Position numbers and translations under genes: made by a program
Part shown: positions 9,515 through 18,831 of the stretch, piece by piece
Layout: each line of letters starts with the position of its first letter
Numbering within the stretch: position 1 is the stretch's first letter
IMG/VR virus record: IMGVR_UViG_3300022200_000019
Location: 148,918 to 212,917 of that record
Strand: one strand, 5' to 3'
DNA length: 64,000 nt
The notes under the pieces: generated by a model
The model's input: only the letters and a program-made list of their open reading frames with translations
What the model was told of the DNA's origin: nothing
The model's database searches: none

Positions 9515-10669
9515 ATGGAATTAGGCTATGCCTTAAACACCTTCTACTTCCTCATGTCAGCGGTGCTGGTTATGTGGATGGCAGCAGGTTTCACTATGTT
9601 GGAAGCAGGTAGTGTTCGAGTAAAGAATGTTACTGAAATCCTTGTTAAGAATGTTTCGCTTTATGCAGTAGCATCTCTTACATATCTTTTCTTAGGTTAT
9701 GAACTAATGTACGGTTGGAGCCAGCCTGAAGATCACGCCATGATGAGTGATTTCTTCTTCCAGGTTGTGTTTGTAGCAACCGCAATGTCGGTTGTATCAG
9801 GTGCAGTTGCTGAACGAAAGAAACTTTGGTCTTTCTTGGTCTTTGCAGCAGTTTTCACCGCAGTCATTTATCCAATCCAAGGTTCTTGGTCTTGGGGCGG
9901 CGGCTGGTTGTCTGAAGCAGGATTTTTTGACTTTGCCGGTTCAGGTATTGTACACATGGCAGGTGCAGCAGCAGCATTAGCAGCAGTATTGCTAATTGGT
10001 CCACGTGCCGGTAAGTACGTTGATGGCAAGCCAGTAGCAATTCATGGATCTAACAGTGGTCAAGTAGCACTGGGTATGTTGATTCTTTGGATGGGTTGGT
10101 TTGGGTTCAACGGTGGTTCTCAGTTGTCTATCATTGGTAACGAAAACGCAGATGCAGTTGCTCAAATCTTTGTAAACACAAATACAGCGGCAGCAGCAGG
10201 TTTGATTGTTGCTATGTTGTTGTCTAAGTTGTGGACTGGTAAGACTGCTCTTAACGCAACAGTAAATGGTGCATTGGCAGGTTTGGTTGTTATTACTGCT
10301 GACCCACTTACACCTTCTGCTGAAATGGCAGCACTATACGGTGGACTTGGTGGTTTGATTGTAGTGCCAGCAATGTCTCTGCTTGAAAAGTGGGGTATTG
10401 ATGATCCAGTGGGTGCTATCTCGGTTCATGGTGTCGCAGGTATTCTAGGTCTGCTACTTGTTCCTGTACTTAACGCCGATGCTACTCTAATGGCACAGTT
10501 GATCGGTACTGGCGCAATCTTTGGATTCGTATTTGTTGCTTCATTGATTGTATGGACAGTTTTGAAGTACACAATTGGCATTCGTGTCGGCGAAGAAGAA
10601 GAGCTTGCTGGTTCAGATATGTGGGAAGGCACAGGCGCTGCTTATCCTGACTTTATGAATAACAAGTAA
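9515..10669 (+). CDS. amtB: Ammonium transporter (Amt family)
   Basis: MAAGFTMLEAGSVR, DFFFQVVF, SGAVAER, DFAGSGIVH, WMGWFGFNGGS, DDPVGAISVHG. Confidence 0.95.
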   Translation: MELGYALNTFYFLMSAVLVMWMAAGFTMLEAGSVRVKNVTEILVKNVSLYAVASLTYLFLGYELMYGWSQPEDHAMMSDFFFQVVFVATAMSVVSGAVAERKKLWSFLVFAAVFTAVIYPIQGSWSWGGGWLSEAGFFDFAGSGIVHMAGAAAALAAVLLIGPRAGKYVDGKPVAIHGSNSGQVALGMLILWMGWFGFNGGSQLSIIGNENADAVAQIFVNTNTAAAAGLIVAMLLSKLWTGKTALNATVNGALAGLVVITADPLTPSAEMAALYGGLGGLIVVPAMSLLEKWGIDDPVGAISVHGVAGILGLLLVPVLNADATLMAQLIGTGAIFGFVFVASLIVWTVLKYTIGIRVGEEEELAGSDMWEGTGAAYPDFMNNK

Positions 10670-10690
10670 ACACAAATCTTACGTTGCATC

Positions 10691-10715
10691 AAAGCAGCCT
10701 TCGGGCTGCTTTTTT
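10691..10715 (+). terminator. Rho-independent terminator (UUCG loop)
   Basis: AAAGCAGCC-TTCG-GGCTGC-T6. Confidence 0.9.
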
Positions 10716-10726
10716 ATTGGTAAACC

Positions 10727-10770
10727 TTGTAACAAAAATTTAACAAAAGTGTAATAAAACGGTAACGGTT
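10727..10770 (+). promoter_or_regulatory. Pho-box-like array upstream of pstS
   Basis: Four 11-nt-phased units TTGTAACAAAA/ATTTAACAAAA/GTGTAATAAAA/CGGTAACGGTT. Confidence 0.65.
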
Positions 10771-10812
10771 TTATGTTTAAATAATGTTGATAAAACAAGG
10801 AGAAAAGAAGCA

Positions 10813-11769
10813 ATGAAAAGACTAATTGCGTTTTTTGCCGCACTGGCAATTAGCACAAGTGCTTTCGCAGGGGCGAAAGTAGACACACAGTTACCAAACT
10901 ATCATAAAGTTTCAGGTGTTAGTGGTAATTTAAACTCGGTGGGCTCAGATACATTAGCAAATTTAATGACTATGTGGGCTGAGGAATTTCGTAAAATATA
11001 TCCTAATGTTAACATTGGTATTCAAGCAGCGGGATCAAGCACTGCCCCGCCAGCACTAACTGAAGGAACTTCAAATGTTGGTCCAATGAGTCGTAAGATG
11101 AAGGATAAAGAACTACAAGCATTTGAGGCAAAGTATGGATATAAACCAACTGCTATTCCTGTTGCTATTGATGCGTTAGCAGTATTTGTTAACAAGGACA
11201 ATCCTATTAAAGGATTAACGATTGCTGAAGTTGACGCAATCTTCTCAAGCACAAGAAAGTGCGGTGCTAAACAAGACGCAATTAAATGGGGCGATGTAGG
11301 GTTAACTGGCTCCTGGACAAATCGCACAATTCAATTGTATGGTCGTAATTCTGTATCTGGCACCTACGGCTACTTTAAGAAAAAAGCACTTTGTAAAGGG
11401 GATTACAAAAATGATGTAAATGAACAACCAGGTTCAGCATCTGTAGTACAAAGTGTCACAGGTAGTATAAATGGCATTGGTTACTCAGGTATGGGTTACA
11501 AGACTTCTGGTGTAAAAACTGTTCCATTAAGCAAGAAAGGCGGTCCATACGTGGACGCAACACCTGAAAATGCATTAAATGGTTCATACCCACTGGCACG
11601 TTTTTTATACATTTATGTAAACAAGGCTCCTAATAAGCCGTTAGATCCAATGACATACGAATTTATTCGTATGGTTCTATCCAAGCAAGGACAAACAGTT
11701 GTAGTCAAAGATGGCTATGTTCCGTTACCTGCTGATATGGCTGAGAAATTATTGAAAACTGTTCAATGA
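10813..11769 (+). CDS. pstS: Phosphate ABC transporter substrate-binding protein
   Basis: Signal peptide; [38 protein letters not shown]. Confidence 0.95.
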   Translation: MKRLIAFFAALAISTSAFAGAKVDTQLPNYHKVSGVSGNLNSVGSDTLANLMTMWAEEFRKIYPNVNIGIQAAGSSTAPPALTEGTSNVGPMSRKMKDKELQAFEAKYGYKPTAIPVAIDALAVFVNKDNPIKGLTIAEVDAIFSSTRKCGAKQDAIKWGDVGLTGSWTNRTIQLYGRNSVSGTYGYFKKKALCKGDYKNDVNEQPGSASVVQSVTGSINGIGYSGMGYKTSGVKTVPLSKKGGPYVDATPENALNGSYPLARFLYIYVNKAPNKPLDPMTYEFIRMVLSKQGQTVVVKDGYVPLPADMAEKLLKTVQ

Positions 11770-11795
11770 TAACTATCTAGACTGCAACAAAAATT

Positions 11796-11821
11796 AAAGC
11801 AGCCTTCGGGCTGCTTTTTTT
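11796..11821 (+). terminator. Rho-independent terminator (UUCG loop), identical to 10691-10715
   Basis: AAAGCAGCC-TTCG-GGCTGC-T7. Confidence 0.9.
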
Positions 11822-11828
11822 ATAAATA
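11821..11828 (+). promoter_or_regulatory. T4-type late promoter
   Basis: TATAAATA, 5 nt before ATG 11834. Confidence 0.75.
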
Positions 11829-11833
11829 GTATT

Positions 11834-12394
11834 ATGGATAAAGATTTTTTCAAAGACGATAAGGCATATTGGCAGATTGCTGATGAAGTTAAAGGCATTT
11901 ATCTGAGTGATGGCTCAATGGCAAGTTTAATTGACTTTGAGCGTGTATTAGATGAAGTAGACATCTACGCTTTTGCTAACTGGGAAGATGGCGAACTTGT
12001 TAAAGGCCCAGACATCGGACGTTATAAAGTAACTTGTACTTTTATGTGGCCAGAGCGTATGATGCCTGATCCACGTGGTGCTAAACGTTTATTACCGTTT
12101 GACTGCGATGTATCGTTTTTGAAAACTGTTCTACAAGTTCCTGCTAAAGTTAAATCGTATGATGACTTTAAGCCCGGTACTAAAAAACCAAAAATGATTG
12201 ACATGCCAGTATGGCTTGTTGAAATCACTATGCCAAAGGATCTAATGTCAGATATTCGCACTGGTTCAATTGAACTAGAAGGTCAGGATATTGATCTAGA
12301 AGATCTGGACGCAGCATACGAACAAGACTTAGATCAACAAGAAACTCAAGACATCGAAACACAAGAAGAAGCAGACGAAGCATTTGCAGGTTAA
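11834..12394 (+). CDS. Hypothetical phage protein (acidic C-terminus)
   Basis: 186-aa ORF behind a late promoter; no recognisable family. Confidence 0.7.
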   Translation: MDKDFFKDDKAYWQIADEVKGIYLSDGSMASLIDFERVLDEVDIYAFANWEDGELVKGPDIGRYKVTCTFMWPERMMPDPRGAKRLLPFDCDVSFLKTVLQVPAKVKSYDDFKPGTKKPKMIDMPVWLVEITMPKDLMSDIRTGSIELEGQDIDLEDLDAAYEQDLDQQETQDIETQEEADEAFAG

Positions 12395-12395
12395 T

Positions 12396-12938
12396 ATGAA
12401 TAACGAACAACTTAATGAAGGACTAGAATTTAAAGATCTAGAAGGCATTGTAAAGCCTACTGTGTTTATTGATGAGTTTGCTAGTAAAATGGGCTCAGAT
12501 GATGAAGTAAGTGTAGTTAGTTTTTATGTTCGTAACAACCGAGCAGCAAACGATCTAGTTAATTGGTTTGAAAAAGGCTATGACTTTGTGCTTGATGCAG
12601 ATCGCAGTCCAGGCGAAGTTCGACCAAATCGTTATCTAGTCTATGTCGAGATGAAACGCCGCAACACATTACCAGAATGGATTCAAGAATTACTATATGA
12701 TTTAAATACACTAACCGAACACGAATCGGAAAATTCTTGGACCGTGGGATACAAAGGTGAAGAATTTCCGTTTACTGTAGAAGATATACGCAGTCGTGTT
12801 ATTCTAAGTCCAGTCAAGTACAGAGAGGCAAAAGAAGCAGGGCTAAACGAAATGCGCATTGCTGCTGGACTAAAAACCAAATCAACTCGCAATAACGATT
12901 CAGATATCAAAAATTTTGTTGCACTTGCCGGTCTTTAA
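12396..12938 (+). CDS. Hypothetical phage protein
   Basis: ATG 12396 follows the previous stop; contains LNE sites and ends MRIAAGL..FVALAGL. Confidence 0.7.
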   Translation: MNNEQLNEGLEFKDLEGIVKPTVFIDEFASKMGSDDEVSVVSFYVRNNRAANDLVNWFEKGYDFVLDADRSPGEVRPNRYLVYVEMKRRNTLPEWIQELLYDLNTLTEHESENSWTVGYKGEEFPFTVEDIRSRVILSPVKYREAKEAGLNEMRIAAGLKTKSTRNNDSDIKNFVALAGL

Positions 12939-12949
12939 TACATAATTAT

Positions 12950-13753
12950 GTGAAAAAATATAACAGATTAATTTCTTTTGGAGATAGTTTTGTCTGGGGC
13001 AGTGAGTTATCAGATTGTTTGACCGCTTCTCCAAAAGAAATTGTGAATAATCCAGAAAAATTCCCCAACGAATTAAAATTCATTCAAGATCGAAAAATTG
13101 GACCTTGTTCTGAAGTAAACATCAACGGCGAAATTAGCTCGTTATTTGCAGGATATAGTCTTAGTACTTGGCCTGCACTGTTAGCCACATACCTAAATCT
13201 AGAATATAGATGTGTGGCATATCCTGGAATTAGTAACCAAACTATTATTCGCAAATTAGTAAAATTTCTTCCAGAAATAAATTCTACAGATTTAGTTGTC
13301 ATTGACTGGACTTTTATAGATAGATGGGACTATGTTGATATTAACGAACCCCGTATCGAATATCAATGGAAAACATTGCGTCCAACATCAGATAAAAAAA
13401 CAAAAATTGAAAAATTTTATTTTGACGCAGTTCAAAGCGAACTCTGGAATAAATGGGAATCATTAAGAGCCATCATGCTGGTAGTACATTTGCTTAGATC
13501 GAGAGACATCGATTTTATCATGACCTCAGAAGATACACTGATACTTGATGAAAACTACCATACTCCTTCATATATAAGGAACGCACAAACTGAAATTAAA
13601 AATCATATAAACTGGTTCGAAGACAATGGGTTTTATCATTGGTCGATAAATCAAGGATTTCTTCGAGGTAAAGAAAATGATCATCCATTAGAAGATGCAC
13701 ACCAAGCAGCATTTGAATACATAATAGAAAATCAATGGCATTTAGAATTCTAA
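12950..13753 (+). CDS. SGNH/GDSL-like hydrolase
   Basis: FGDSFVWG, YPGISN, DHPLEDAH; AT-rich. Confidence 0.55.
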   Translation: MKKYNRLISFGDSFVWGSELSDCLTASPKEIVNNPEKFPNELKFIQDRKIGPCSEVNINGEISSLFAGYSLSTWPALLATYLNLEYRCVAYPGISNQTIIRKLVKFLPEINSTDLVVIDWTFIDRWDYVDINEPRIEYQWKTLRPTSDKKTKIEKFYFDAVQSELWNKWESLRAIMLVVHLLRSRDIDFIMTSEDTLILDENYHTPSYIRNAQTEIKNHINWFEDNGFYHWSINQGFLRGKENDHPLEDAHQAAFEYIIENQWHLEF

Positions 13754-14160
13754 TAATGGGCCTATCTGGTGCGGGCAAAACCACACTGGCAAAAAAACTT
13801 GTTGACGGACTAAAAAAATATGAATTTGATGTGGCATGGTTTAACGCAGATGATGTGAGAGAATTAACAAACAACTGGGATTTTTCTGCAGAAGGACGAA
13901 TTTTACAAGCGCATACACTAAAGCGCATGGCAGATGAGGCTCCCAATGATATCATAGTTGCTGATTTTATTGCTCCACTTGCGCAACAGCGTGCAATATT
14001 TAATCCCAACTTTATTATATGGGTCGATACCATTGGATCCAGTCAATACACAGACACCGACAGTGTTTTTGAAACACCAGCCTTTGTTAACTACTACATT
14101 TCTGATTGGGACGAACAACACGAAGCAAATATCTTACATTTACTTCTAGAAGATGAATAA
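13735..14160 (+). CDS. Adenylyl-sulfate kinase (CysC)-like P-loop protein
   Basis: GLSGAGKTT, FNADDVR, WDFSAEGR, DSVFETP; shorter than canonical CysC. Confidence 0.65.
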   Translation: MAFRILIMGLSGAGKTTLAKKLVDGLKKYEFDVAWFNADDVRELTNNWDFSAEGRILQAHTLKRMADEAPNDIIVADFIAPLAQQRAIFNPNFIIWVDTIGSSQYTDTDSVFETPAFVNYYISDWDEQHEANILHLLLEDE

Positions 14161-14911
14161 TCCGTACCATATATTAGGCGTTTCTCCAAACGCATCACCA
14201 GAACAGATTAAAAAGGCTTTCAAGCAGCTAGCCATGAAGCATCATCCTGATCGCGGCGGCGACGAAGCAGAGTTTAAAAAAATCAACGAAGCATATGCTA
14301 TACTAAGCGATCCTGAACGCAAGCAACAGCACGACAATCCTGGATTTAATTTCAGACACACCGCAGGTGGAAACTTTCATGATGTGTTTGATGAATTTTT
14401 CAGACAGCAAAGACAACAGCGCACATCAACTGTTAGATTATCGTTGTATATTGATTTAAAAACCGCAGCCACAGGCGGGGAAAAACTCGTAAGTTTACAA
14501 ACTACTAACGGCCCACAAGCAGTGGAAATCGAAATTCCCGAAGGTATTAACGATGGCGATACTGTGCGTTATCCTCAGTTACTCAGGCACAGCGACTTAC
14601 AAGTTACATTTCGCATACATCCAGATAAAACATGGCAGCGTCAGGGGAACAATCTAACACGCGAGCTTGAACTGGATTTCTGGGATTTTATTCTAGGCAG
14701 CAAAGTTGAAGTGGAAACCATCTACGGCGATCGCATCGCGTTAACTGTGCCACCAAAATCACATCCAGGAACACTGATGCGGATTAAAACCAAAGGCATG
14801 CGTGGCAAATATGCAGGCCAGACTGGAGATATGTTTGTAAAACTTACTGCTAAACTCCCAGAAGATTTGCCAGAAGAGCTAATTGATACCCTAAAAAGGT
14901 TGCGCCAATAA
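14153..14911 (+). CDS. DnaJ/CbpA-type co-chaperone
   Basis: J-domain with HHPDRGG, EAYAILSD; DnaJ C-terminal domain; no zinc finger. Confidence 0.9.
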   Translation: MNNPYHILGVSPNASPEQIKKAFKQLAMKHHPDRGGDEAEFKKINEAYAILSDPERKQQHDNPGFNFRHTAGGNFHDVFDEFFRQQRQQRTSTVRLSLYIDLKTAATGGEKLVSLQTTNGPQAVEIEIPEGINDGDTVRYPQLLRHSDLQVTFRIHPDKTWQRQGNNLTRELELDFWDFILGSKVEVETIYGDRIALTVPPKSHPGTLMRIKTKGMRGKYAGQTGDMFVKLTAKLPEDLPEELIDTLKRLRQ

Positions 14912-14919
14912 ATATTTTT

Positions 14920-15273
14920 ATGTTAAAATTAGTCAAAACGCCAAAGAAAAAGAAGCCAACAGATTGTACATTTGAAAAGCCAGTTGACAATCAAAAAACA
15001 GCAGTTAAAATGTTAATGTGCTGTAACAGTAATAACAGAGAATATGTAATTGGCCCAGATGTAGGTTTAGATTTAAATGTATTGGTAACAAAAACAAAAC
15101 CAAATTATTATTTCAATCCGGCTATAGTTGATAATGGTGTGCAATATCAAGATTACTTAGGTAACACAATGCACACAGATACAATAACAGAAGCAATGCA
15201 AGAAGCATTAACAAGACTTGCAGGAACTAGAAGAACCAGGAAAAAAACGGATGCAAATCAATCCAGAAATTGA
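14920..15273 (+). CDS. Degenerate peptide-deformylase-like protein
   Basis: GPDVG..VLV..YFNPAI echo PDF motifs, but HExxH is replaced by QEALT. Confidence 0.35.
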   Translation: MLKLVKTPKKKKPTDCTFEKPVDNQKTAVKMLMCCNSNNREYVIGPDVGLDLNVLVTKTKPNYYFNPAIVDNGVQYQDYLGNTMHTDTITEAMQEALTRLAGTRRTRKKTDANQSRN

Positions 15274-17536
15274 ACAAATCACAGATTATGCAATTACTAT
15301 TGCAAAGAAAAAAGAACATCATTACGTGTTAATCGAACATTTATTGCTTAGTTTAATACGCTTTGAACCATTTAATAACGTACTAGTAAAGTATGGTGTT
15401 GAAGTTGATTTATTAGATCAAGAACTAGACTACTATCTTGACAGTTTAGTAAATCTTACAAACAAAGACTACGATGGACATCCAAAACGCACAAATGGTC
15501 TAGAGCGTGTGTTTAACCGTGCCGGTACACAAGTATTGTTTACAGGCCGTCGTTATATTACTACTGTTGATTTGTATCTTAGTATTACTTCTGAAACCAA
15601 CAGTCATGCACAATATTTTCTGTTAAAATACGGAGTCGAAAAAGAAGCATTTACTTCGTTCTGGAATGAAAATTACAAACAAGGCAAAGTTACTCTTAAC
15701 GACGATCAAATTAAAGAAGTACTTGAGGAGCATTGCACTAACTTAAATGCACTTGCTCGTGAAGGAGATCTAGAACCGCTTATTGGTCGTTCTGCAGAAT
15801 TACAAGATGCAATTGAAATTCTTGCTAAAAAGTTCAAGTCTAATGTATTGATGATCGGCGATCCAGGTGTTGGTAAAACTGCTATTGTAGAAGGGCTTGC
15901 ACAAAAGATCGAAAATAGCGATGTACCAGAATTTCTTAAAGACCATGAAATCTGGAGTTTGGAAGTTGGTTCATTGCTTGCTGGATCTAAGTATCGCGGC
16001 GAGTTTGAAGAAAAATTTAAAGATGTTATTAAAGCACTAGAAGCAACCGATAATGCTATTTTGTTTATTGACGAAGCACACACTATGCACGGTGCTGGTG
16101 CTGGATCAAATTCAAGTCTGGACATGGCCAACATGCTCAAGCCGGCAATCACCAAAGGAAAACTAAAAGTAATTGCTTCCACTACCTGGGAAGAATACTA
16201 CGAGACTTTTGAAAAAGATCGTGCCATGATGCGTCGATTCTATAATCTTTCAATCGATGAACCAGATCACGATACTACAATTAAGATTCTTCAAGGACTC
16301 AGCGAACGATTAGAAGAATATCACGATGTTGAAATTGATTCTGCTGCTATTACTACCGCAGTTGACTTAGGAACACGCTATATTCACGATCGTAAGAATC
16401 CAGACAAGTCAATTGATTTGCTTGACGCTGCTTGTGCTAAACAACGTGCCAAAGATAACTCAGGTGTAATCATTACTGCCGATTTAATTTACGCAGAAGC
16501 AAATAAATTAACCGGAATTCCTCAAGAACGCTTAAAAAATGAGGATTGTGATAAGGTTCGTAACCTTGAATCACGTGTTAAGGAACGATTATACGGACAA
16601 GACGAAGTCGTTGATACCGTACTGAAGCGTATTAACGTTTCATTTGCTGGACTTAATTCTGATAATAAACCTGTTGCTAGTTTCTTGTTCTTGGGCCCAA
16701 CTGGCACAGGTAAAACTGAACTTGCTAAACTGCTAAGTGAAAACTTGGATATGGAATTGTTACGTTATGATATGAGTGAGTATCAAGAAAAACACACAGT
16801 ATCAACACTTATTGGCGCACCACCGGGTTATGTTGGGTATGAAGATTCTAACTTAGGCGGCGGTAAGTTAATTAACGATTTGTCTAAAGATCCTTTTAGT
16901 ATTATTTTGTTTGACGAAATTGAAAAAGCGCATCCAGATGTAAGCAATGTGTTGTTATCAATGCTCGACGAAGGTAAAATTACATCAAGTTCGGGCAAAA
17001 CCGTAAACTGCACTAATGCTATTATTATTCTTACATCTAACTTAGGTGCTCGTGATAATGAAAACAATAATATCGGTTTTGGCACTGATCTAGAGCGCAC
17101 TGGTTCTGAAGATAAAGCACTCAAAGAATACTTTAAACCAGAACTACGTAATCGCTTAGATGCTATTGTTAAATTTAACAAACTAGATACACTAAGTATT
17201 AAGAAGATTGTTAATAAATTCTTAAATCAACTCAAAAAGAATTTGTCTAAGAAAGGTATCGCAATTAATGTCACCGAGCCAGTTGTTGAATATCTAGCAG
17301 AAGTTGGATATGACAAGAAGATGGGCGCACGTCCGCTGGCACGTAAAATTGACGAACTATTAAAAGTTCCGCTAAGTGAAAAAATTCTGTTTGAAAATTT
17401 GCGTGATACTGACATTAACATTCGTTTAACCACAGAAAATACCATAGAATTTGTAAATAAAAATAGCGGCGGTCAAGAAGCTTCTGTGAACAAAGATGGA
17501 CTCATTGTACTGGACCAATTCAAACCTAAAGCATAA
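15251..17536 (+). CDS. clpA: ClpA-type AAA+ unfoldase
   Basis: N-domain EHLLLSL; GDPGVGKT, FIDEAH; second module GPTGTGKT, DEIEKAH, MGARPL; start MQINPE at 15251. Confidence 0.9.
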   Translation: MQINPEIEQITDYAITIAKKKEHHYVLIEHLLLSLIRFEPFNNVLVKYGVEVDLLDQELDYYLDSLVNLTNKDYDGHPKRTNGLERVFNRAGTQVLFTGRRYITTVDLYLSITSETNSHAQYFLLKYGVEKEAFTSFWNENYKQGKVTLNDDQIKEVLEEHCTNLNALAREGDLEPLIGRSAELQDAIEILAKKFKSNVLMIGDPGVGKTAIVEGLAQKIENSDVPEFLKDHEIWSLEVGSLLAGSKYRGEFEEKFKDVIKALEATDNAILFIDEAHTMHGAGAGSNSSLDMANMLKPAITKGKLKVIASTTWEEYYETFEKDRAMMRRFYNLSIDEPDHDTTIKILQGLSERLEEYHDVEIDSAAITTAVDLGTRYIHDRKNPDKSIDLLDAACAKQRAKDNSGVIITADLIYAEANKLTGIPQERLKNEDCDKVRNLESRVKERLYGQDEVVDTVLKRINVSFAGLNSDNKPVASFLFLGPTGTGKTELAKLLSENLDMELLRYDMSEYQEKHTVSTLIGAPPGYVGYEDSNLGGGKLINDLSKDPFSIILFDEIEKAHPDVSNVLLSMLDEGKITSSSGKTVNCTNAIIILTSNLGARDNENNNIGFGTDLERTGSEDKALKEYFKPELRNRLDAIVKFNKLDTLSIKKIVNKFLNQLKKNLSKKGIAINVTEPVVEYLAEVGYDKKMGARPLARKIDELLKVPLSEKILFENLRDTDINIRLTTENTIEFVNKNSGGQEASVNKDGLIVLDQFKPKA

Positions 17537-18197
17537 AATTAGAGAATCTAATCGTTTATTTTACGATCAGTATCGTTATTGTGCTTCGGGTGAATTGAGT
17601 TACACAAAACTTCTTCGCGGACTGGATCGGAAAACACTGGAACATAGATTAAAAACCTATCGTTCAATGAACAAAACTGATTTTGGTTATTTCTTTTATA
17701 GTTATAATCAACGTCGCCGACAAATTACTGATCAAACAGAATCGAATTTATATAACTTTTTGGATTTAATAGAAAGCATAGATGTTGATCATAAGCTAGT
17801 TCTGGGCTGGCACGATTTTTATTTTTATACCAATGATACTGGATCTATTGACCAGATTTTAACTGCTGATGGGGTGTATGCTAAACCAGTTGTTGAAACT
17901 GTACTAACGCACCCCTTGAAAACTATTGTTAGAAAGCGCAGTGAATACCAATATAGATGTTACCTGGCTAACGCAGTAATTTCTGAATCTCAACAAAATC
18001 ATTTAGTTAAATTTTTTAAAAATCACACAGATAACATAAAATTAAGCAAAACTTTTAGCGAATGGTTGAATAAAGAATATAAGTATTGCAGAGATTACTT
18101 TTTCTTTGACCATAACGACACAGGTTTACCTCTGTTACTTGAGATGATAGTCCCAGGGCTGGTTAAAGAAACATTAGAAATTATTACACAGGATTAA
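17496..18197 (+). CDS. Hypothetical protein
   Basis: 233-aa ORF in operon order. Confidence 0.6.
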   Translation: MDSLYWTNSNLKHKIRESNRLFYDQYRYCASGELSYTKLLRGLDRKTLEHRLKTYRSMNKTDFGYFFYSYNQRRRQITDQTESNLYNFLDLIESIDVDHKLVLGWHDFYFYTNDTGSIDQILTADGVYAKPVVETVLTHPLKTIVRKRSEYQYRCYLANAVISESQQNHLVKFFKNHTDNIKLSKTFSEWLNKEYKYCRDYFFFDHNDTGLPLLLEMIVPGLVKETLEIITQD

Positions 18198-18202
18198 ACA
18201 TA

Positions 18203-18370
18203 ATGGCTAGAATTCAAGAAGAAACACTAACGATTAAAGTTAGCAAATTATTTAGAGACACAGATCAAGACGAAATTCTTGTTACTGCTGATTTAACCGC
18301 ACAGCTTGAAATGGTTCTACAAGAACTAGTTGGTGCCGGTGTATTGGTTGAAATTTACAAAGGTGAATAG
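18203..18370 (+). CDS. Small hypothetical protein (55 aa, below ORF-track cutoff)
   Basis: MARIQEETLTIKVSKLFRD...VEIYKGE; AGGA upstream; fills the gap. Confidence 0.6.
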   Translation: MARIQEETLTIKVSKLFRDTDQDEILVTADLTAQLEMVLQELVGAGVLVEIYKGE

Positions 18371-18804
18371 TGGACACTGTAAAATTTTCTTGCGTTGTTA
18401 ACACAAATATTCCGTCAAACCCAATACATCTACAAATCATGTTAGACGAAGCTGTCGTGTTTGACAAGGATGTAACTGCCGAAGAAACTGTATCTTTTGA
18501 AGTTGTCGAAGACGACAAAGAGCATGAAATTCGTTTTTTAATTTCTGGTAAAAACGATGCGCATATTATTCGTGATAATGCTGGAAACATTCTAGATAGC
18601 ACCGAGCTATCCATTACCAACCTTTCATTCGACGATGTGGGCATCAATAACATTATCATGGTTTCTCCACTGGAATATAAACACGACTTCAACGGTAACG
18701 ATGCTGAAATTGTCGATAAGTTTTATAACATTGCCGGTTGCAATGGCGAAATTACGTTAAATTTCACAACTCCAATATATCTTTGGTTACTCGAAAACAT
18801 GTAG
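18370..18804 (+). CDS. Hypothetical beta-rich protein
   Basis: GTG start overlapping the previous stop. Confidence 0.55.
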   Translation: MDTVKFSCVVNTNIPSNPIHLQIMLDEAVVFDKDVTAEETVSFEVVEDDKEHEIRFLISGKNDAHIIRDNAGNILDSTELSITNLSFDDVGINNIIMVSPLEYKHDFNGNDAEIVDKFYNIAGCNGEITLNFTTPIYLWLLENM

Positions 18805-18831
18805 TACTGTGTTTTAAATAAATACAGTATC

